A DNA stretch of 64,000 nt, taken from the NCBI GenBank assembly GCA_016215405.1, contig JACRJQ010000005.1, positions 11,560 through 75,559 on the forward strand, read 5' to 3'. A program made the translations under genes and the position numbers. The notes under the pieces are model-generated. The model was given only the letters and a program-made list of their open reading frames with translations. It did no database searches and was not told the origin of the DNA. Positions 44,772 through 55,401 of the stretch are shown one piece after another. The stretch comes from Candidatus Tayloriibacteriota bacterium (GTDB lineage: Bacteria; Patescibacteriota; Minisyncoccia; Phycocordibacterales; UBA6065). Within the stretch, counting starts at the first letter, position 1. Every line of letters starts with the position of its first letter.

Positions 44772-44930
44772 CAGTTTCTTTTAGCCGGTCCGCATTTTCT
44801 TCGCTCGAAGACGCAAGCGCCCTCGAAGACTCGGGTTCCATTCTCGCAAAGAAGAATGCGGACTCGGCGGCGGGGTTAAGAGAAGAGGAAGAAAGCCCTG
44901 TTTCAGCGAAGCTGAAACAGGGCTTTCTTG
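44772..44930. repeat. Intergenic repeat family copy R3 (between lepB and pth) with terminal hairpin
   Basis: TTTCTTTTAGCCGGTCCGC...GCGGACTCGGCGGCGGGGTTAAGAGAAGAGGAAGAAAGCC + hairpin GAAAGCCCTGTTTCAGC-GAAG-GCTGAAACAGGGCTTTC; second hairpin CTGAACACCTCAACCGGTTGAGGTGTTCAG at 44938-44968. Confidence 0.65.
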
Positions 44931-45025
44931 GGCCATTCTGAACACCTCAACCGGTTGAGGTGTTCAGGCTCGGCTAGGGCCTAGAGTCTATCTTGCTATC
45001 CTGCTTTCTTGCTATACTCATCGTC

Positions 45026-45664
45026 ATGATAATCATAGGACTCGGAAATCCTGGGGCGGAGTATGAGGGCACGCGGCATAACGCGGGCCGCGAGGCTGTC
45101 ATGAAGTTCGCGAAGAAGGCAGGCTTCGACGGATTCGAGTTCGACAAGAAGGCGCAGGCGTTGGTATCCGTTGGAAAGGTGGGGAAGACGAAGGCGACTC
45201 TTGTCCTTCCCGAGACCTTCATGAACAAGTCGGGGGCTTCGGCGGGCAAATTTGCGAAGGGCGCCAAGAAGATCAAAGACCCTTCGACCGGCAAATCGAT
45301 CAAAGCGTTCCCGGAGGTCATCGTCGTCCATGACGACCTCGACATCCCTTTGGGCAAGGCGAAGATGTCGTGGAACAAGAGCGCCGGCGGGCACAAGGGC
45401 GTGCAATCGGTCCTCAAGGCTTTAGGCACCGAGGCGGTCTTCCGCATTCGGATCGGCATAACTCCGGCCAAGGCATCGGGAGAGCTCAAGAAGCCTGACC
45501 ACGATACGATAACCGAGAACTTCATAGTCGCGGGATTCAAAGAGAAGGAGGCGCAAGAGCTCTCGAAGGTGACCAAGAAGGTCGTCGATTGCCTCGAGAT
45601 GGCCATCTCCGATTCTCCAGAGCGGGCGATGAGTGAGTACAACGCAGTATTCAGCAACCTATAG
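45026..45664 (+). CDS. pth: Peptidyl-tRNA hydrolase
   Basis: IIIGLGNPGAEYEGTRHNAG; TATACT-N7-ATG start; upstream in-frame ATG 44993 disfavoured. Confidence 0.9.
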   Translation: MIIIGLGNPGAEYEGTRHNAGREAVMKFAKKAGFDGFEFDKKAQALVSVGKVGKTKATLVLPETFMNKSGASAGKFAKGAKKIKDPSTGKSIKAFPEVIVVHDDLDIPLGKAKMSWNKSAGGHKGVQSVLKALGTEAVFRIRIGITPAKASGELKKPDHDTITENFIVAGFKEKEAQELSKVTKKVVDCLEMAISDSPERAMSEYNAVFSNL

Positions 45665-45985
45665 CTGATCGCGAGCGGGGTTTTACCGAGGCGAAACCTC
45701 GGTACAACGATAAAAAAGCGGCGCCCTGGCGGGGTGGGCGCCGCTTCGTCGGAGCTTGGAAAGATCTGGGGAGAAGGGCGGGCGGCGATCGGCTCCCAGC
45801 TTGGGACCTGTCGCGTTCGGCCGCCCGCCCTCTCCGCTATGCATGTCCGGTTGTCTGCCGCTATCACATGCGAAGGGGAGCGACCCCTTCCGGCTTTAAT
45901 ACGCGCCCTGAGGCGAAAATCGCTCAAGAGAAAGCCCCGAGCCTTACGGCTCGGGGCTTTCTCTTATCTGAGGCTTCGCTTTCGC

Positions 45986-47113
45986 TTACGCCTTCTTCTC
46001 TCCCGCGAACGAGAGGGTCATCTTCTGGTTCGTCGCGTCGAAGAGGGTTATCTTGAACGGATACACCTTTCCGAGCTCGAGGTGGCTTCGGAGCTTCTCG
46101 TCTGAGCCGAACTCAGAGACATGGACGAGGCCGGCGACGCCTTCTTCGATAGAGGCGAGCGCGCCGTGGCGGTTGAACTTGATGATCACGCCCTTGACCT
46201 GCATGTCCTTCTTGTACTTCTTCGCCGCGTCTGCCCATGGGTTAGGCTTGAGGGCCTTGATCGAGAGGGAGACCTTGCCTTCCTTGACCTCGATGACCTT
46301 CACGCGGACCTTGTCGCCCACCTTAAAGCGGGTCTTTGGATCTTCTACGAGCGCCCAGTCGATCTCGGATATATGGACGAGCCCTTCGAGCCCTTCGTCG
46401 ATCTTGACGAAGACGCCGAAGTCGACCATTCCGGTGACCTTGCCCTCGATCTCGTCTCCGACCTTGAACTTAGCGACCGCGGTCGCCTTGTCCTTGCCCT
46501 CTACGGGGTTCTTCTCGGAGAAGATAAGCTTGCCCTCCTTAGGGAACGCGCCGATGATCGATACGGAGAGCTTGGTGCCGACGAGCTTCTTGAGCTCTTC
46601 GAGGATGCGGTCCTTATCGCCGTCCTGCACGCGTGGGTAGTGCTCGGGCTTGAGCTGGGAAGCAGGGAGGAAGCCCTGGATGCCCTGCCACTCGATGATG
46701 AGGCCGCCCTTGTTCGCTTCTTTGATAGGGAGCTCGAGGACGCGCTTCTCAGCGATGGCCTGCTCTGCCTCCGTCCATATGAGGGCCTGGCGAGCCTCCT
46801 TGAGGGAGAGCTCGATGTAGCCTTCTTTGTTTGAAGGGTCGACGATCTTCGCCGAGACCTTGTCGCCGATGTTTATCTTCTTTATGACGTCGCGCGCGAG
46901 GATATACTCGCGGCCGAATATGATGCCGGTTCCGAACGGAGGAAGGTCGACGAATACGCCCTTCTTGTCGATCGCGATGACGGAGCCCTCGATGAGGTCT
47001 CCTGCCGACGGCGGGGTAGGGATAGAAGCCGAGAGCTTGCCCATGAGGGTGTTAGCCTTCGCTTCCATCTCAGGCGTCGTCTTTACCGCCTTCTTTGCTG
47101 TTTCTGGTGACAT
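45986..47113 (-). CDS. rpsA: 30S ribosomal protein S1 (four S1 domains)
   Basis: Repeated S1 OB-fold motifs (GxV..V...GxFV.L..G..GL.H.SE). Confidence 0.9.
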   Translation of the reverse strand: MSPETAKKAVKTTPEMEAKANTLMGKLSASIPTPPSAGDLIEGSVIAIDKKGVFVDLPPFGTGIIFGREYILARDVIKKINIGDKVSAKIVDPSNKEGYIELSLKEARQALIWTEAEQAIAEKRVLELPIKEANKGGLIIEWQGIQGFLPASQLKPEHYPRVQDGDKDRILEELKKLVGTKLSVSIIGAFPKEGKLIFSEKNPVEGKDKATAVAKFKVGDEIEGKVTGMVDFGVFVKIDEGLEGLVHISEIDWALVEDPKTRFKVGDKVRVKVIEVKEGKVSLSIKALKPNPWADAAKKYKKDMQVKGVIIKFNRHGALASIEEGVAGLVHVSEFGSDEKLRSHLELGKVYPFKITLFDATNQKMTLSFAGEKKA

Positions 47114-47295
47114 GAAATGAAAAAAGCCCGAAATTTCTTTTTGCGCAGTTTCTCGTGCCGTTGGCCTGCAAAAAGGGTTAATTTCAAGGGTGATTTTCCT
47201 TGTAAATACCGGTCAAACGGTGGTTTGGGCCGGTCAGGAGATACTATCACACATTAACTAAGTTTCAACTTATCTGAGGTATCCCAGGGATAGTC

Positions 47296-47450
47296 TTCTA
47301 TTTTAGTCCTTTTCCTTGGCGAGCACAGGTAATCCGCCCGAAGCGGATCCCTTTCAGCTCGCGCCGTCGCGCTCCGCTAATCTCGCCAAGGGAAATGGAC
47401 GGGGTTTGAAGACGGGAAATAACGAGGGCCGGTTCGCGAAAGCGAACCGG
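47296..47450. repeat. Intergenic repeat family copy R2 (upstream of rpsA)
   Basis: ...CTCGCGCCGTCGCGCTCCGCTAAT...TGGACGGGGTTTGAAGACGGGAAATAACGAGGGCC + hairpin GGGCCGGTTCGC-GAAA-GCGAACCGGCCC. Confidence 0.65.
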
Positions 47451-47467
47451 CCCCGCAGCAGTCAAGG

Positions 47468-47818
47468 TCAGGTTTTGAGCCTGGCCGAGGCCTCCCTCGA
47501 CAGTATCTCGAACGTCGGACCGAGCGGGTTTCCCGCCGATTCGAAGCTGATGCTCCCCGTCGACCAAAGAAAGATCTTGAATTCGATCATAGGGAGGCTC
47601 AGGACGATGCCCGAGCCTGCGCCGGTGATGACGACTTCGCCCGGCGATACGACTTTGCCGAACCAGGCGAGGTCGATGACGGCCGTATGAGGCACGAAGC
47701 TCAGTCTTTCGATGCAGCCGGTGAACAGGTCTCCGTCGTTCGCTATGAATTCGAGATATCTGCCGCGGAAATCCTCGCCCAGAGAGCAAAACTCGCTCCA
47801 CGACATCTCTTTTTGCAT
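47468..47818 (-). CDS. Hypothetical protein (116 aa)
   Basis: Coding-like codon usage; no recognised motif. Confidence 0.4.
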   Translation of the reverse strand: MQKEMSWSEFCSLGEDFRGRYLEFIANDGDLFTGCIERLSFVPHTAVIDLAWFGKVVSPGEVVITGAGSGIVLSLPMIEFKIFLWSTGSISFESAGNPLGPTFEILSREASARLKT

Positions 47819-47962
47819 TGAGGGCCTTTGTTGGATCCTCGCAAAAGTCTAGTTTCAGCGGAGGAGGCTGTCAATGTCGCGGACGGCTCGTCGGAAGAAG
47901 CCTCGCGAAGTCCGCCCCTTGTCAATCTAGATGCCGACGCGAAAATACTCTATACTCTCTTT

Positions 47963-48598
47963 ACTATGGTAATCACATATCTCGGCGGAGCGTTCATAAA
48001 GGTACAGTTCGGCGACATAACCATCGCGGTCAATCCCGTATCGAAGGATTCGAAGAAGCTAAAGCCGTCTCGCTTCGGCGCGGACATAGCCCTCGTCTCC
48101 CTCAATCACGCCGACTTCTCCGGCCTCGACCAGGTGTCGTTCGGCGAGAGGCAGGCGTTCGCGGTCACCGGTCCGGGCGAGTACGAGATAAAAGGAGTCT
48201 TCATAAAAGGCTTCAAGTCGGATTCCAAATACGGCGGGGAAGACAGGCTCAACACCGTCTATACCGTGAACCTCGAGAACATGAATCTCTGCTTCCTCGG
48301 CGCGCACGCGTCGAAGGACCTTCCGGCGGAGGTCGCCGAGTCGATCGACGATATCGACATCCTCTTCGTGCCGGTGGGCGCCGACGGGGTCCTTACGCCC
48401 GCTGACGCCGCAAAGCTCTCGGTGAAGCTCGAGCCGAAGCTCATCGTCCCTCTCTGCTTCGGGAACGCGACCGCTCTCAAAGCCTTCCTCAAAGAGGCGG
48501 GAGAAGAAGGGCAGAAGCCGCAGGACAAGCTTACGCTCAAGAAGAAGGACCTCGAAGGGAAGGACGGCGACGTCGTCGTCCTCGAGCCTGCGGCATAA
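47963..48598 (+). CDS. Metal-dependent hydrolase, beta-lactamase fold (UPF0173-like)
   Basis: MVITYLGGAFIKVQFGD N-terminus and HADFSG motif; start trimmed from ORF 47828. Confidence 0.65.
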   Translation, partial: TMVITYLGGAFIKVQFGDITIAVNPVSKDSKKLKPSRFGADIALVSLNHADFSGLDQVSFGERQAFAVTGPGEYEIKGVFIKGFKSDSKYGGEDRLNTVYTVNLENMNLCFLGAHASKDLPAEVAESIDDIDILFVPVGADGVLTPADAAKLSVKLEPKLIVPLCFGNATALKAFLKEAGEEGQKPQDKLTLKKKDLEGKDGDVVVLEPAA

Positions 48599-48626
48599 AG
48601 ACCGGCCTCGAAGCAGGCGAAAACAT

Positions 48627-48998
48627 ATGCTCGACTATCTAGAAAACCTCCGTAGAAAGCCCGAGCCTGAGAGGAAGAAGGCGATCTTCAGGATATCTTT
48701 TTCCGTGACTCTGGCAGTGCTCGCCGTATGGGGAGCATACATCTCCCTGCGCGTAAGCCGGACCGACTTCGCCTTTGACGCCTCGAAGGTGGGATACGAG
48801 GCTCCCGACCTCCGGTCGGCGTTCTCTGACTTCATCGATGGGCTGAGCGCCGCTTACGAATCGCGGGCCAAGGCAGAGGCTGACGCCGCTGCGGCGAAGG
48901 CCTTGGCGGAGAGCATGCCTGAAGAGACTCCTTCATCGCCTTCGGACGAGGCGCTTGCGACCACGACCCTCGATTCCTTAGAAGGGGAAGGCCTCTAA
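48627..48998 (+). CDS. Hypothetical membrane-anchored protein
   Basis: 123 aa, one TM (ISFSVTLAVLAVWGAYISL), Ala/Glu-rich tail. Confidence 0.4.
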   Translation: MLDYLENLRRKPEPERKKAIFRISFSVTLAVLAVWGAYISLRVSRTDFAFDASKVGYEAPDLRSAFSDFIDGLSAAYESRAKAEADAAAAKALAESMPEETPSSPSDEALATTTLDSLEGEGL

Positions 48999-49142
48999 AG
49001 CGCCTTCGTAGGGCCCTTTTTGCGGACCATTTCGCCTTTAAATCGACGTTTGTCAACTACTTGAAAAGGTCGGAAAATGCTATTATTTGCATACTAAAAG
49101 CTTGCACAGAGCCTTTTATTTTTCCCTTAAAAAGACTACACC

Positions 49143-51611
49143 ATGAGCCCTAAAGCCACCCCGCCGGATCCAAAGCTCCCGTTCGAGGAGAAGGGCATCA
49201 TACAGAGGTCCATAGTCACGGAGATGCGAGAGTCGTATCTCGATTACGCCATGTCGGTCATCACGTCCCGAGCGCTTCCCGACGTGCGCGACGGATTGAA
49301 GCCGGTGCATCGCCGCATCCTCTACGCTATGAACGAGATAGGTCTCACCGCGTCCGCAAAGACCAGGAAGTCGGCGACGGTGGTGGGCGAGGTGCTCGGC
49401 AAGTACCATCCGCACGGCGACGTCGCGGTCTACGACTCTATGGTCAAGATGGCGCAGGATTTCTCCATGCGATATCCCTTGATCATAGGTCAAGGAAACT
49501 TCGGCTCGATCGACGGCGACGGCGCGGCCGCTATGCGATATACCGAGGCGAAGATGTCGCGGCTCTCCGCAGAGCTCCTCAACGACCTGGAGAAGGATAC
49601 CGTCGAATTCCGTCCGAACTACGACAACACCAAGAAAGAGCCGTCGGTCCTTCCTGCAGCCGTTCCGAACCTCCTCCTTAACGGCACTTTGGGCATCGCC
49701 GTGGGCATGGCCACCAATATCCCGCCGCATAACCTCGGGGAGGTCGTAGACGCGACGATCCATCTCATCGAAGACAAGGACGCATCGACCGAAGATCTCC
49801 TTAAATACATAAAGGGCCCGGACTTTCCGACAGGAGGCAATATATATAACGAGAAGGATATCCATCACGCCTACTCGACAGGGAAGGGCGGCGTCGTCTG
49901 CCGTGGAGACGCGGAGATCGTCGAGACCAAGGCCGGGTCCTACCAGATCGTCATCACGTCGATCCCGTACCGCGTGGTCAAAGCCGACCTCATCGTCGCT
50001 ATCGCCGACCTCGTCCGCGACAAGAAGATCGAGGGCATAAAGGGCCTTCGAGACGAGTCTGCCAAGGATATCCGCGTAGTCATCGACCTCAAGCAGGGAG
50101 CCCATCCTCAGAAGGTCCTCAACTTCCTCTACAAGCACACCCAGCTCGAAGACACGTTCCATCTCAACATCGTCGCTCTGGTGAACGGCCGGCCGGAGAC
50201 CCTTTCGCTCAAATCGATCCTTGAGAGCTTTGTAGAGCACCGAGTCGAGGTGGTGAAGCGCCGCACCGCGTACGACCTTCGCGTCGCCGAAGCGCGGGAG
50301 CACATCCTCCTCGGCCTCAAGAAAGCCCTCGACCACATAGACGAGATCATAAAGCTCATAAAGAAGTCCAAGGACGTAGAGGACGCGAAGCAGGGCCTCA
50401 TGAAGGCTTTCAAATTCTCCGACCTGCAGGCTCAAGCCATCCTCGATATGCGCCTTCAGAAGCTCGCGGGCCTCGAGCGCAAGAAGATCGAGGACGAGCT
50501 TGATGCTGTCCAGATCCTCATAAAGGAATTGAAAGAGCTCCTCGCTTCGCCCAAGAAGATCCTTGCCGTCATAAAGAAGGAGCTCGCTGACATAAAGGCG
50601 AAGTACGGCGACGAGCGAAGGACCAAGGTCGTCCGCACCGGCGTTACGGCCCTTTCCGACGAGGACCTCATACCCGACGTCGAGAACGTGCTTGTCCTTA
50701 CCCAGGGCGGATACGTGAAAAGGACCGTGCCCGACGAGTACCGCAAGCAGAAAAGGGGAGGCGTGGGAGTCGTCGACCTCGATACAAAGGAGGAGGACTT
50801 CGTCACGAACCTCATTACCGCGAACACGCATGCGGACATGCTCTTCTTTACGAACAAGGGCAAGGCGTACCAGATAAAGATGTACGAGCTCCCTGAAGGC
50901 AGGCGGGCCACGAAGGGCAAGGCCCTCGTGAACTTCCTCTCGCTCGCGGATGACGAGAAGGTGACCTCCGTCCTTCCTATGCCGAAGGAATCCAAAGCTG
51001 CCGCGGCGCTTTCCCTCATGATGGTCACGAAGGACGGCACGGCGAAGAAGGTCAAAGCCGAGAGCTTCCACGACGTAAGGCGTTCGGGCCTCATCGCGAT
51101 AACCCTCGAGCCGGGCGACGCGCTCATGTCGGTATCGTTCGTGACTTCGGGCGACGAGATGTCCATCGTCACCGCCGAGGGCCAGTCCATACGGTTCAAG
51201 GAGTCGGACGTACGCGAGATGGGTCGCGGCGCCATGGGCGTGCGCGGCATAAGCCTCGCCAAAGGCGACTTCGTCATCTCTGCCGACGTCATAAAGAAAG
51301 ACCATAAGAATCCGCGTATCATGGTCATCTCCAAGAACGGATATGGCAAGACGACCGAGGCGGCCGAGTATAAGACCCAGAACCGAGGCGGCTCTGGCAT
51401 CCTTACCATGAACGTCACCGACAAGACCGGCCAAGTCATCGCCGCCAAGGTCGTGACGGAGGAAGACAACGAGCTTGTTGCCATGTCCAAGAAGTCCCAG
51501 GTGGTGCGCATCGATATAAAGGAGATCCCTGTCCTCGGCCGATCGACCCAGGGCGTGCGCGTGATGAAGCTGCGCGAAGGAGACTCTCTCGCTTCCGTCG
51601 TCTGTCTTTAG
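49143..51611 (+). CDS. gyrA: DNA gyrase subunit A
   Basis: [22 protein letters not shown], active-site Tyr region, C-terminal beta-pinwheel; 822 aa. Confidence 0.95.
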   Translation: MSPKATPPDPKLPFEEKGIIQRSIVTEMRESYLDYAMSVITSRALPDVRDGLKPVHRRILYAMNEIGLTASAKTRKSATVVGEVLGKYHPHGDVAVYDSMVKMAQDFSMRYPLIIGQGNFGSIDGDGAAAMRYTEAKMSRLSAELLNDLEKDTVEFRPNYDNTKKEPSVLPAAVPNLLLNGTLGIAVGMATNIPPHNLGEVVDATIHLIEDKDASTEDLLKYIKGPDFPTGGNIYNEKDIHHAYSTGKGGVVCRGDAEIVETKAGSYQIVITSIPYRVVKADLIVAIADLVRDKKIEGIKGLRDESAKDIRVVIDLKQGAHPQKVLNFLYKHTQLEDTFHLNIVALVNGRPETLSLKSILESFVEHRVEVVKRRTAYDLRVAEAREHILLGLKKALDHIDEIIKLIKKSKDVEDAKQGLMKAFKFSDLQAQAILDMRLQKLAGLERKKIEDELDAVQILIKELKELLASPKKILAVIKKELADIKAKYGDERRTKVVRTGVTALSDEDLIPDVENVLVLTQGGYVKRTVPDEYRKQKRGGVGVVDLDTKEEDFVTNLITANTHADMLFFTNKGKAYQIKMYELPEGRRATKGKALVNFLSLADDEKVTSVLPMPKESKAAAALSLMMVTKDGTAKKVKAESFHDVRRSGLIAITLEPGDALMSVSFVTSGDEMSIVTAEGQSIRFKESDVREMGRGAMGVRGISLAKGDFVISADVIKKDHKNPRIMVISKNGYGKTTEAAEYKTQNRGGSGILTMNVTDKTGQVIAAKVVTEEDNELVAMSKKSQVVRIDIKEIPVLGRSTQGVRVMKLREGDSLASVVCL

Positions 51612-51708
51612 ACCAGAAGATAAAGGCCGCCGAGCTCCGCTCGGCGGCCTTTATCGTTGGGGATAATCCCATGCCGTGCGATAAGAGATTTATGTGTACA
51701 ATAGAGAC

Positions 51709-52164
51709 ATGAAAAAGATATTCTTCGCAGCAATCATTCTCGCTTCTCTCGCCTTTACTCAGCAGGCGTTCGCTCAGAGCCCTAACCCGGCGGCCCAGCC
51801 CCTCGCTCCGGGAGCCCCTATGCCTGGCGCTCAGCAGAGCAACGTCCTTACGGTAGACACGAGCGCGTGCAAGGCGTTCACTACTCAGGGCGCGTCCGCG
51901 ATCTTCAGCTGCTTCCTCGGGTTCCTCGAATACATAAGCATCATCCTTCTCGCCCTCGCCGTCTTCTACACCATGTATGCGGCGTTCAAGCTCGTCCAGA
52001 GCGAAGAGGGCAGGGACGAGGCGAAGAAGACCATCCTCTACGGAATACTCGCCATCTTCATCATGACCTCGGTCTGGGGCCTCGTGAACATACTCGCGAA
52101 CACCTTCAGCATCACAGGGAGCGCCAAGGCGCCAGTCCAGCTCGTTGGATCGAGCAAGCCGTAG
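51709..52164 (+). CDS. TrbC/VirB2-like small pilin-type membrane protein (paralog 1)
   Basis: Signal peptide, two hydrophobic helices, conserved WGLVNIL; TGTACAAT-N6-ATG promoter-start arrangement. Confidence 0.6.
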   Translation: MKKIFFAAIILASLAFTQQAFAQSPNPAAQPLAPGAPMPGAQQSNVLTVDTSACKAFTTQGASAIFSCFLGFLEYISIILLALAVFYTMYAAFKLVQSEEGRDEAKKTILYGILAIFIMTSVWGLVNILANTFSITGSAKAPVQLVGSSKP

Positions 52165-52236
52165 TCCTATCTCTATAAAAAGCCCTCGGTCCTCTCGGAT
52201 CGGGGGCTTTGCTTTGCGCCTAAGGCGCGGACGAGG

Positions 52237-53334
52237 TCATCTCTCGCGGGTCCAGATCTGCATCTGTTGGTCGGAGACGAGGCATATCCGGTGTGCGTTC
52301 CTGTAGAAGTCGATCCTGCCGCTCGGAGGGACCGGAACGTCGACGGGATCTCGCATCCCCCAGAAGTAGTGGCGGACGAACGTCTTTCCCGATTGGACGA
52401 CGACCGAGCGTTCCGCTTCTGAGAGCGACATCTTGGGCGATTCCATGCCCGGGGCAACCTGGCGGTAGGTCCATCTCTCCTTGGACAAGGCGCTCTCTCC
52501 TTTGGAGAGGGTTTGTCCGCCGAAAGGGCTCTCGAGCGGCGCAGGGACCGAGGCTGTCGCCTGGGACACCCTCGGCGCGCTCGCGGCTGGGTTTACGGGG
52601 AGGGGAGGCGGAGGAGGAGTCGCGGCTTCGAGCTTCGCCTTTACGGCGCCAAGCTCCAAGACGAGGTCGCTTGCCGCCTTTCGGGCTTCGGCCCTTATCT
52701 CGCCGAGGCCGTCTCTCACGGTCCCGACCTCCTGCGCGAGGCTCGCAACGGCGCTCTCGATAGTCGCCGCCTTTTCGGCGTAAGGGACGATCGTGCCGAG
52801 GTTGTTGCTTATGGCTTTCGTCGCCTCGGCCTGAGCCCTCTGGACTTCCAGATGGCGGACGTCGGACTCTTCGATGCGCGCGAGGATCGAGCGGTCTTTC
52901 GACCGTTCCTCGGCAAGCCGTCTCGCCTGGGCCTCGATAGATCCCGTGATCTTTCTTGTCTGCTCCGCGAACCTCAGGTCGAGGTCCGTCGCGTCGCGGA
53001 GGACGCCGACGCTCGCATCGACCTTCCACAAGGCGAAGCAGACGGCCGTCGCGACGAGCGCGAACAGGAGAAAGAACGCGAAGAGCCACTTGCCGGGCGA
53101 CGGCGTCGTCTTGCGGATCTCGGCGATGGCGTCGTCTATATGCCGATTGACGTTGTTCGTGAACGCCATAAGCATCTTGCGGTGCTCGCTTATCGGGGTC
53201 TCCTCCAGGATCTCGGGATCCTTGTCGGAGCTTGCGGGAACAGACGCGCTTGCGGAAGCCGTCGTGGCCGGACCGGCCGTAGCCGGGTCGGCGGCGCTGG
53301 CAGAAGCCTGCGCGGTAGGAGTATTGGATTTCAT
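52237..53334 (-). CDS. Hypothetical membrane protein with coiled coil and Pro-rich linker
   Basis: Start taken at MKSNTPTAQ; one TM (WLFAFFLLFALVATAVCFALW), long coiled coil, conserved-looking C-terminal domain. Confidence 0.45.
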   Translation of the reverse strand: MKSNTPTAQASASAADPATAGPATTASASASVPASSDKDPEILEETPISEHRKMLMAFTNNVNRHIDDAIAEIRKTTPSPGKWLFAFFLLFALVATAVCFALWKVDASVGVLRDATDLDLRFAEQTRKITGSIEAQARRLAEERSKDRSILARIEESDVRHLEVQRAQAEATKAISNNLGTIVPYAEKAATIESAVASLAQEVGTVRDGLGEIRAEARKAASDLVLELGAVKAKLEAATPPPPPLPVNPAASAPRVSQATASVPAPLESPFGGQTLSKGESALSKERWTYRQVAPGMESPKMSLSEAERSVVVQSGKTFVRHYFWGMRDPVDVPVPPSGRIDFYRNAHRICLVSDQQMQIWTRER

Positions 53335-53522
53335 GACAGGGGCAGACCGGATTTCGTTTTGATAGAACAGCAAAAGGCATGACAGGCGAAAGCCTCCCGA
53401 TGCACTGTTCCAACCTATATACGTCGGCGGGAGCGCAAATGTATCATTCGCGCCGCAGAGGACGCTCGGCACGGCCCTTCGGATGTGAACAAAGGAGAGA
53501 GGAACGGATGTATAATAGGGAT

Positions 53523-54050
53523 ATGTTCTCAGATCCAAGGCATAACATAGAGCAGCTCGGCCTCTCTGACGGGAAGGTCGTCGCGGACCTCGGGACCGGT
53601 TCGGGATTCTACGCTATCGAGGCGGCCCGCGCGGTCGCTCCTATGGGCAAGGTCTACGCCGTCGACATCCAGCGCGGGCTCCTCGATAGGCTTAAGGCGG
53701 AGGCGAACAGGCAGCATGTGAAAAACGTCGAGATCGTCGCCGGCGACCTCGAGAAGGTCGGGGGCTCTAAGGTCCGCGAGTCGTCTTGCGACGCCGTCAT
53801 CGCCTCTAACATACTTTTCATGATCGAAGACAGGAAATCTTTCCTTCTCGAGGCGAAAAGGATATTGAAGCAGGGAGGCAGGCTCCTCCTCGTCGACTGG
53901 TCCGCGTCGTTCTCCCAGATGGGCCCTCACCCCGAGCACGTGGTCTATAAAGACGACGCCCTTAAGCTCGCGAGGTCGATAGGGCTCGAGTTCGACCGCG
54001 AGATCCACGCGGGCAGCCACCATTACGGCCTCATATTCAGGAAAGCGTAG
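53523..54050 (+). CDS. Class I SAM-dependent methyltransferase
   Basis: Motif I VADLGTGSGFYA, VDIQ, LKQGGRLLLVDW; alternative start ATG 53508 (SD-like GGAGAG 8 nt upstream) possible. Confidence 0.75.
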   Translation: MFSDPRHNIEQLGLSDGKVVADLGTGSGFYAIEAARAVAPMGKVYAVDIQRGLLDRLKAEANRQHVKNVEIVAGDLEKVGGSKVRESSCDAVIASNILFMIEDRKSFLLEAKRILKQGGRLLLVDWSASFSQMGPHPEHVVYKDDALKLARSIGLEFDREIHAGSHHYGLIFRKA

Positions 54051-54111
54051 GCCAGGCTGGGGATGCGGAGGGCGCGCGAATCCTATATCATAAGGCTGTA
54101 GACGTCTTTTC

Positions 54112-55401
54112 ATGTCCCGATTCCAGACTATATTTCTCGGCATACTCATCGTCCTCGGCGTAGCGGGGGCCGTCGTTTTCGCGACCTCGAAGAATAGGGG
54201 CACCGAGAGCGCGACGCCCGTCGTCATGTGGGGCACGTTCCCGACGACCATGGTCGACGGGCTCCTTTCCGAAGCGAATCTCAACTACAAAGACACGGTG
54301 AACGTCTCGTATATCGAGAAGCCTTACGCCTCGTTCGAAAGCGAGCTCATATCCGCCCTTGCCCGCGGACAAGGTCCCGATATGGTCCTTATACCGCAAG
54401 ACCTCATCGTAAAGCAGCTCGACAAATACTACATCGTCCCGTTCGAGAGCTACTCCGAGCGCGATTTTAGGAACAGCTTCATCCAGGAAGGGGAGCTCTT
54501 CCTCGCGTCGACGGGCATCATAGGGTTCCCCCTTGCGATCGACCCGATGGTCATGTATTGGAACAGGGACATACTTACGAACGAAGGCGTATCTTTACCG
54601 CCTGCGTCGTGGACGGAATTCTTCTCTCTGGCGCCGAAGATAGTCAAAAAGGACGGGAACGGCAATATCAGCCAGGCGATCCTCGCGTTCGGCGAGTTTA
54701 GGAACGTCTCTCATGCCAAGGAGATATTATCCCTCCTCGCCATGCAGGCGGGGACCCCCATAGTGGCGAAAGCGTCTGCTGGAGGCTATCAGAGCGTATT
54801 CTCGGCGCGAGGGTCCGGGCTCGTGCCGGGCGAGGAGGCGGTCTCCTATTTCACGGAGTTCTCCAATCCGAGCAAGGCGTCGTATTCTTGGAACAGGTCG
54901 CTTCCTCTCGACAGGACTGCTTTCCTCGCGGGACGGCTCGCGTTCTATTTCGGGTACGCGAGCGAGCTTACGTCTTTGCGCGCGGCGAACCCGAACCTCA
55001 ACTTCGACGTAGCGATGGTGCCGCAGGTAGCGGGCAAGAAGCTCACTTTCGGCAGGATCCACGGCATCGCGCTCTTGAAGTCGTCTCCTAACGTCGCTTC
55101 GGCCTATCTCGCGGCGACCACTCTCGTCTCGTCGCCTCTGCAGCAAACCTGGGTCGCTAAATCGGGGTATCCCCCGGTCCGTCGAGACCTCCTCTCCGTC
55201 ATTCCGGGAGACGCCTATAAGTCCGTCTTCTATCAGAGCGCGCTCGTCTCCTCGGCGTGGCTCGACCCGTATCGCGAGGCGACTGACGGGATATTCCTAA
55301 GGCTCGTCGAGGGGGTCACCTCGGGCAGGCTGCGCGTCTCGGAAGCCGTCTCCGCGGCATCGACCGAGATACAGAGCCTTCTCCTTAACACGAACATATG
55401 A
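54112..55401 (+). CDS. Extracellular solute-binding protein (ABC SBP family 1-like), membrane-anchored
   Basis: N-terminal anchor then bilobal SBP fold; no cognate permease/ATPase adjacent; ATGA overlap with next gene. Confidence 0.7.
   Translation: MSRFQTIFLGILIVLGVAGAVVFATSKNRGTESATPVVMWGTFPTTMVDGLLSEANLNYKDTVNVSYIEKPYASFESELISALARGQGPDMVLIPQDLIVKQLDKYYIVPFESYSERDFRNSFIQEGELFLASTGIIGFPLAIDPMVMYWNRDILTNEGVSLPPASWTEFFSLAPKIVKKDGNGNISQAILAFGEFRNVSHAKEILSLLAMQAGTPIVAKASAGGYQSVFSARGSGLVPGEEAVSYFTEFSNPSKASYSWNRSLPLDRTAFLAGRLAFYFGYASELTSLRAANPNLNFDVAMVPQVAGKKLTFGRIHGIALLKSSPNVASAYLAATTLVSSPLQQTWVAKSGYPPVRRDLLSVIPGDAYKSVFYQSALVSSAWLDPYREATDGIFLRLVEGVTSGRLRVSEAVSAASTEIQSLLLNTNI

Noticed and set aside
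51694-53525. Identical MYNRDM N-termini of ORFs 51694 and 53379 as evidence of gene duplication
   Set aside because: The shared residues come from a shared promoter-like TGTAYAATAGRGAYATG DNA motif upstream of the real ATG starts. The proteins are otherwise unrelated (pilin versus methyltransferase)
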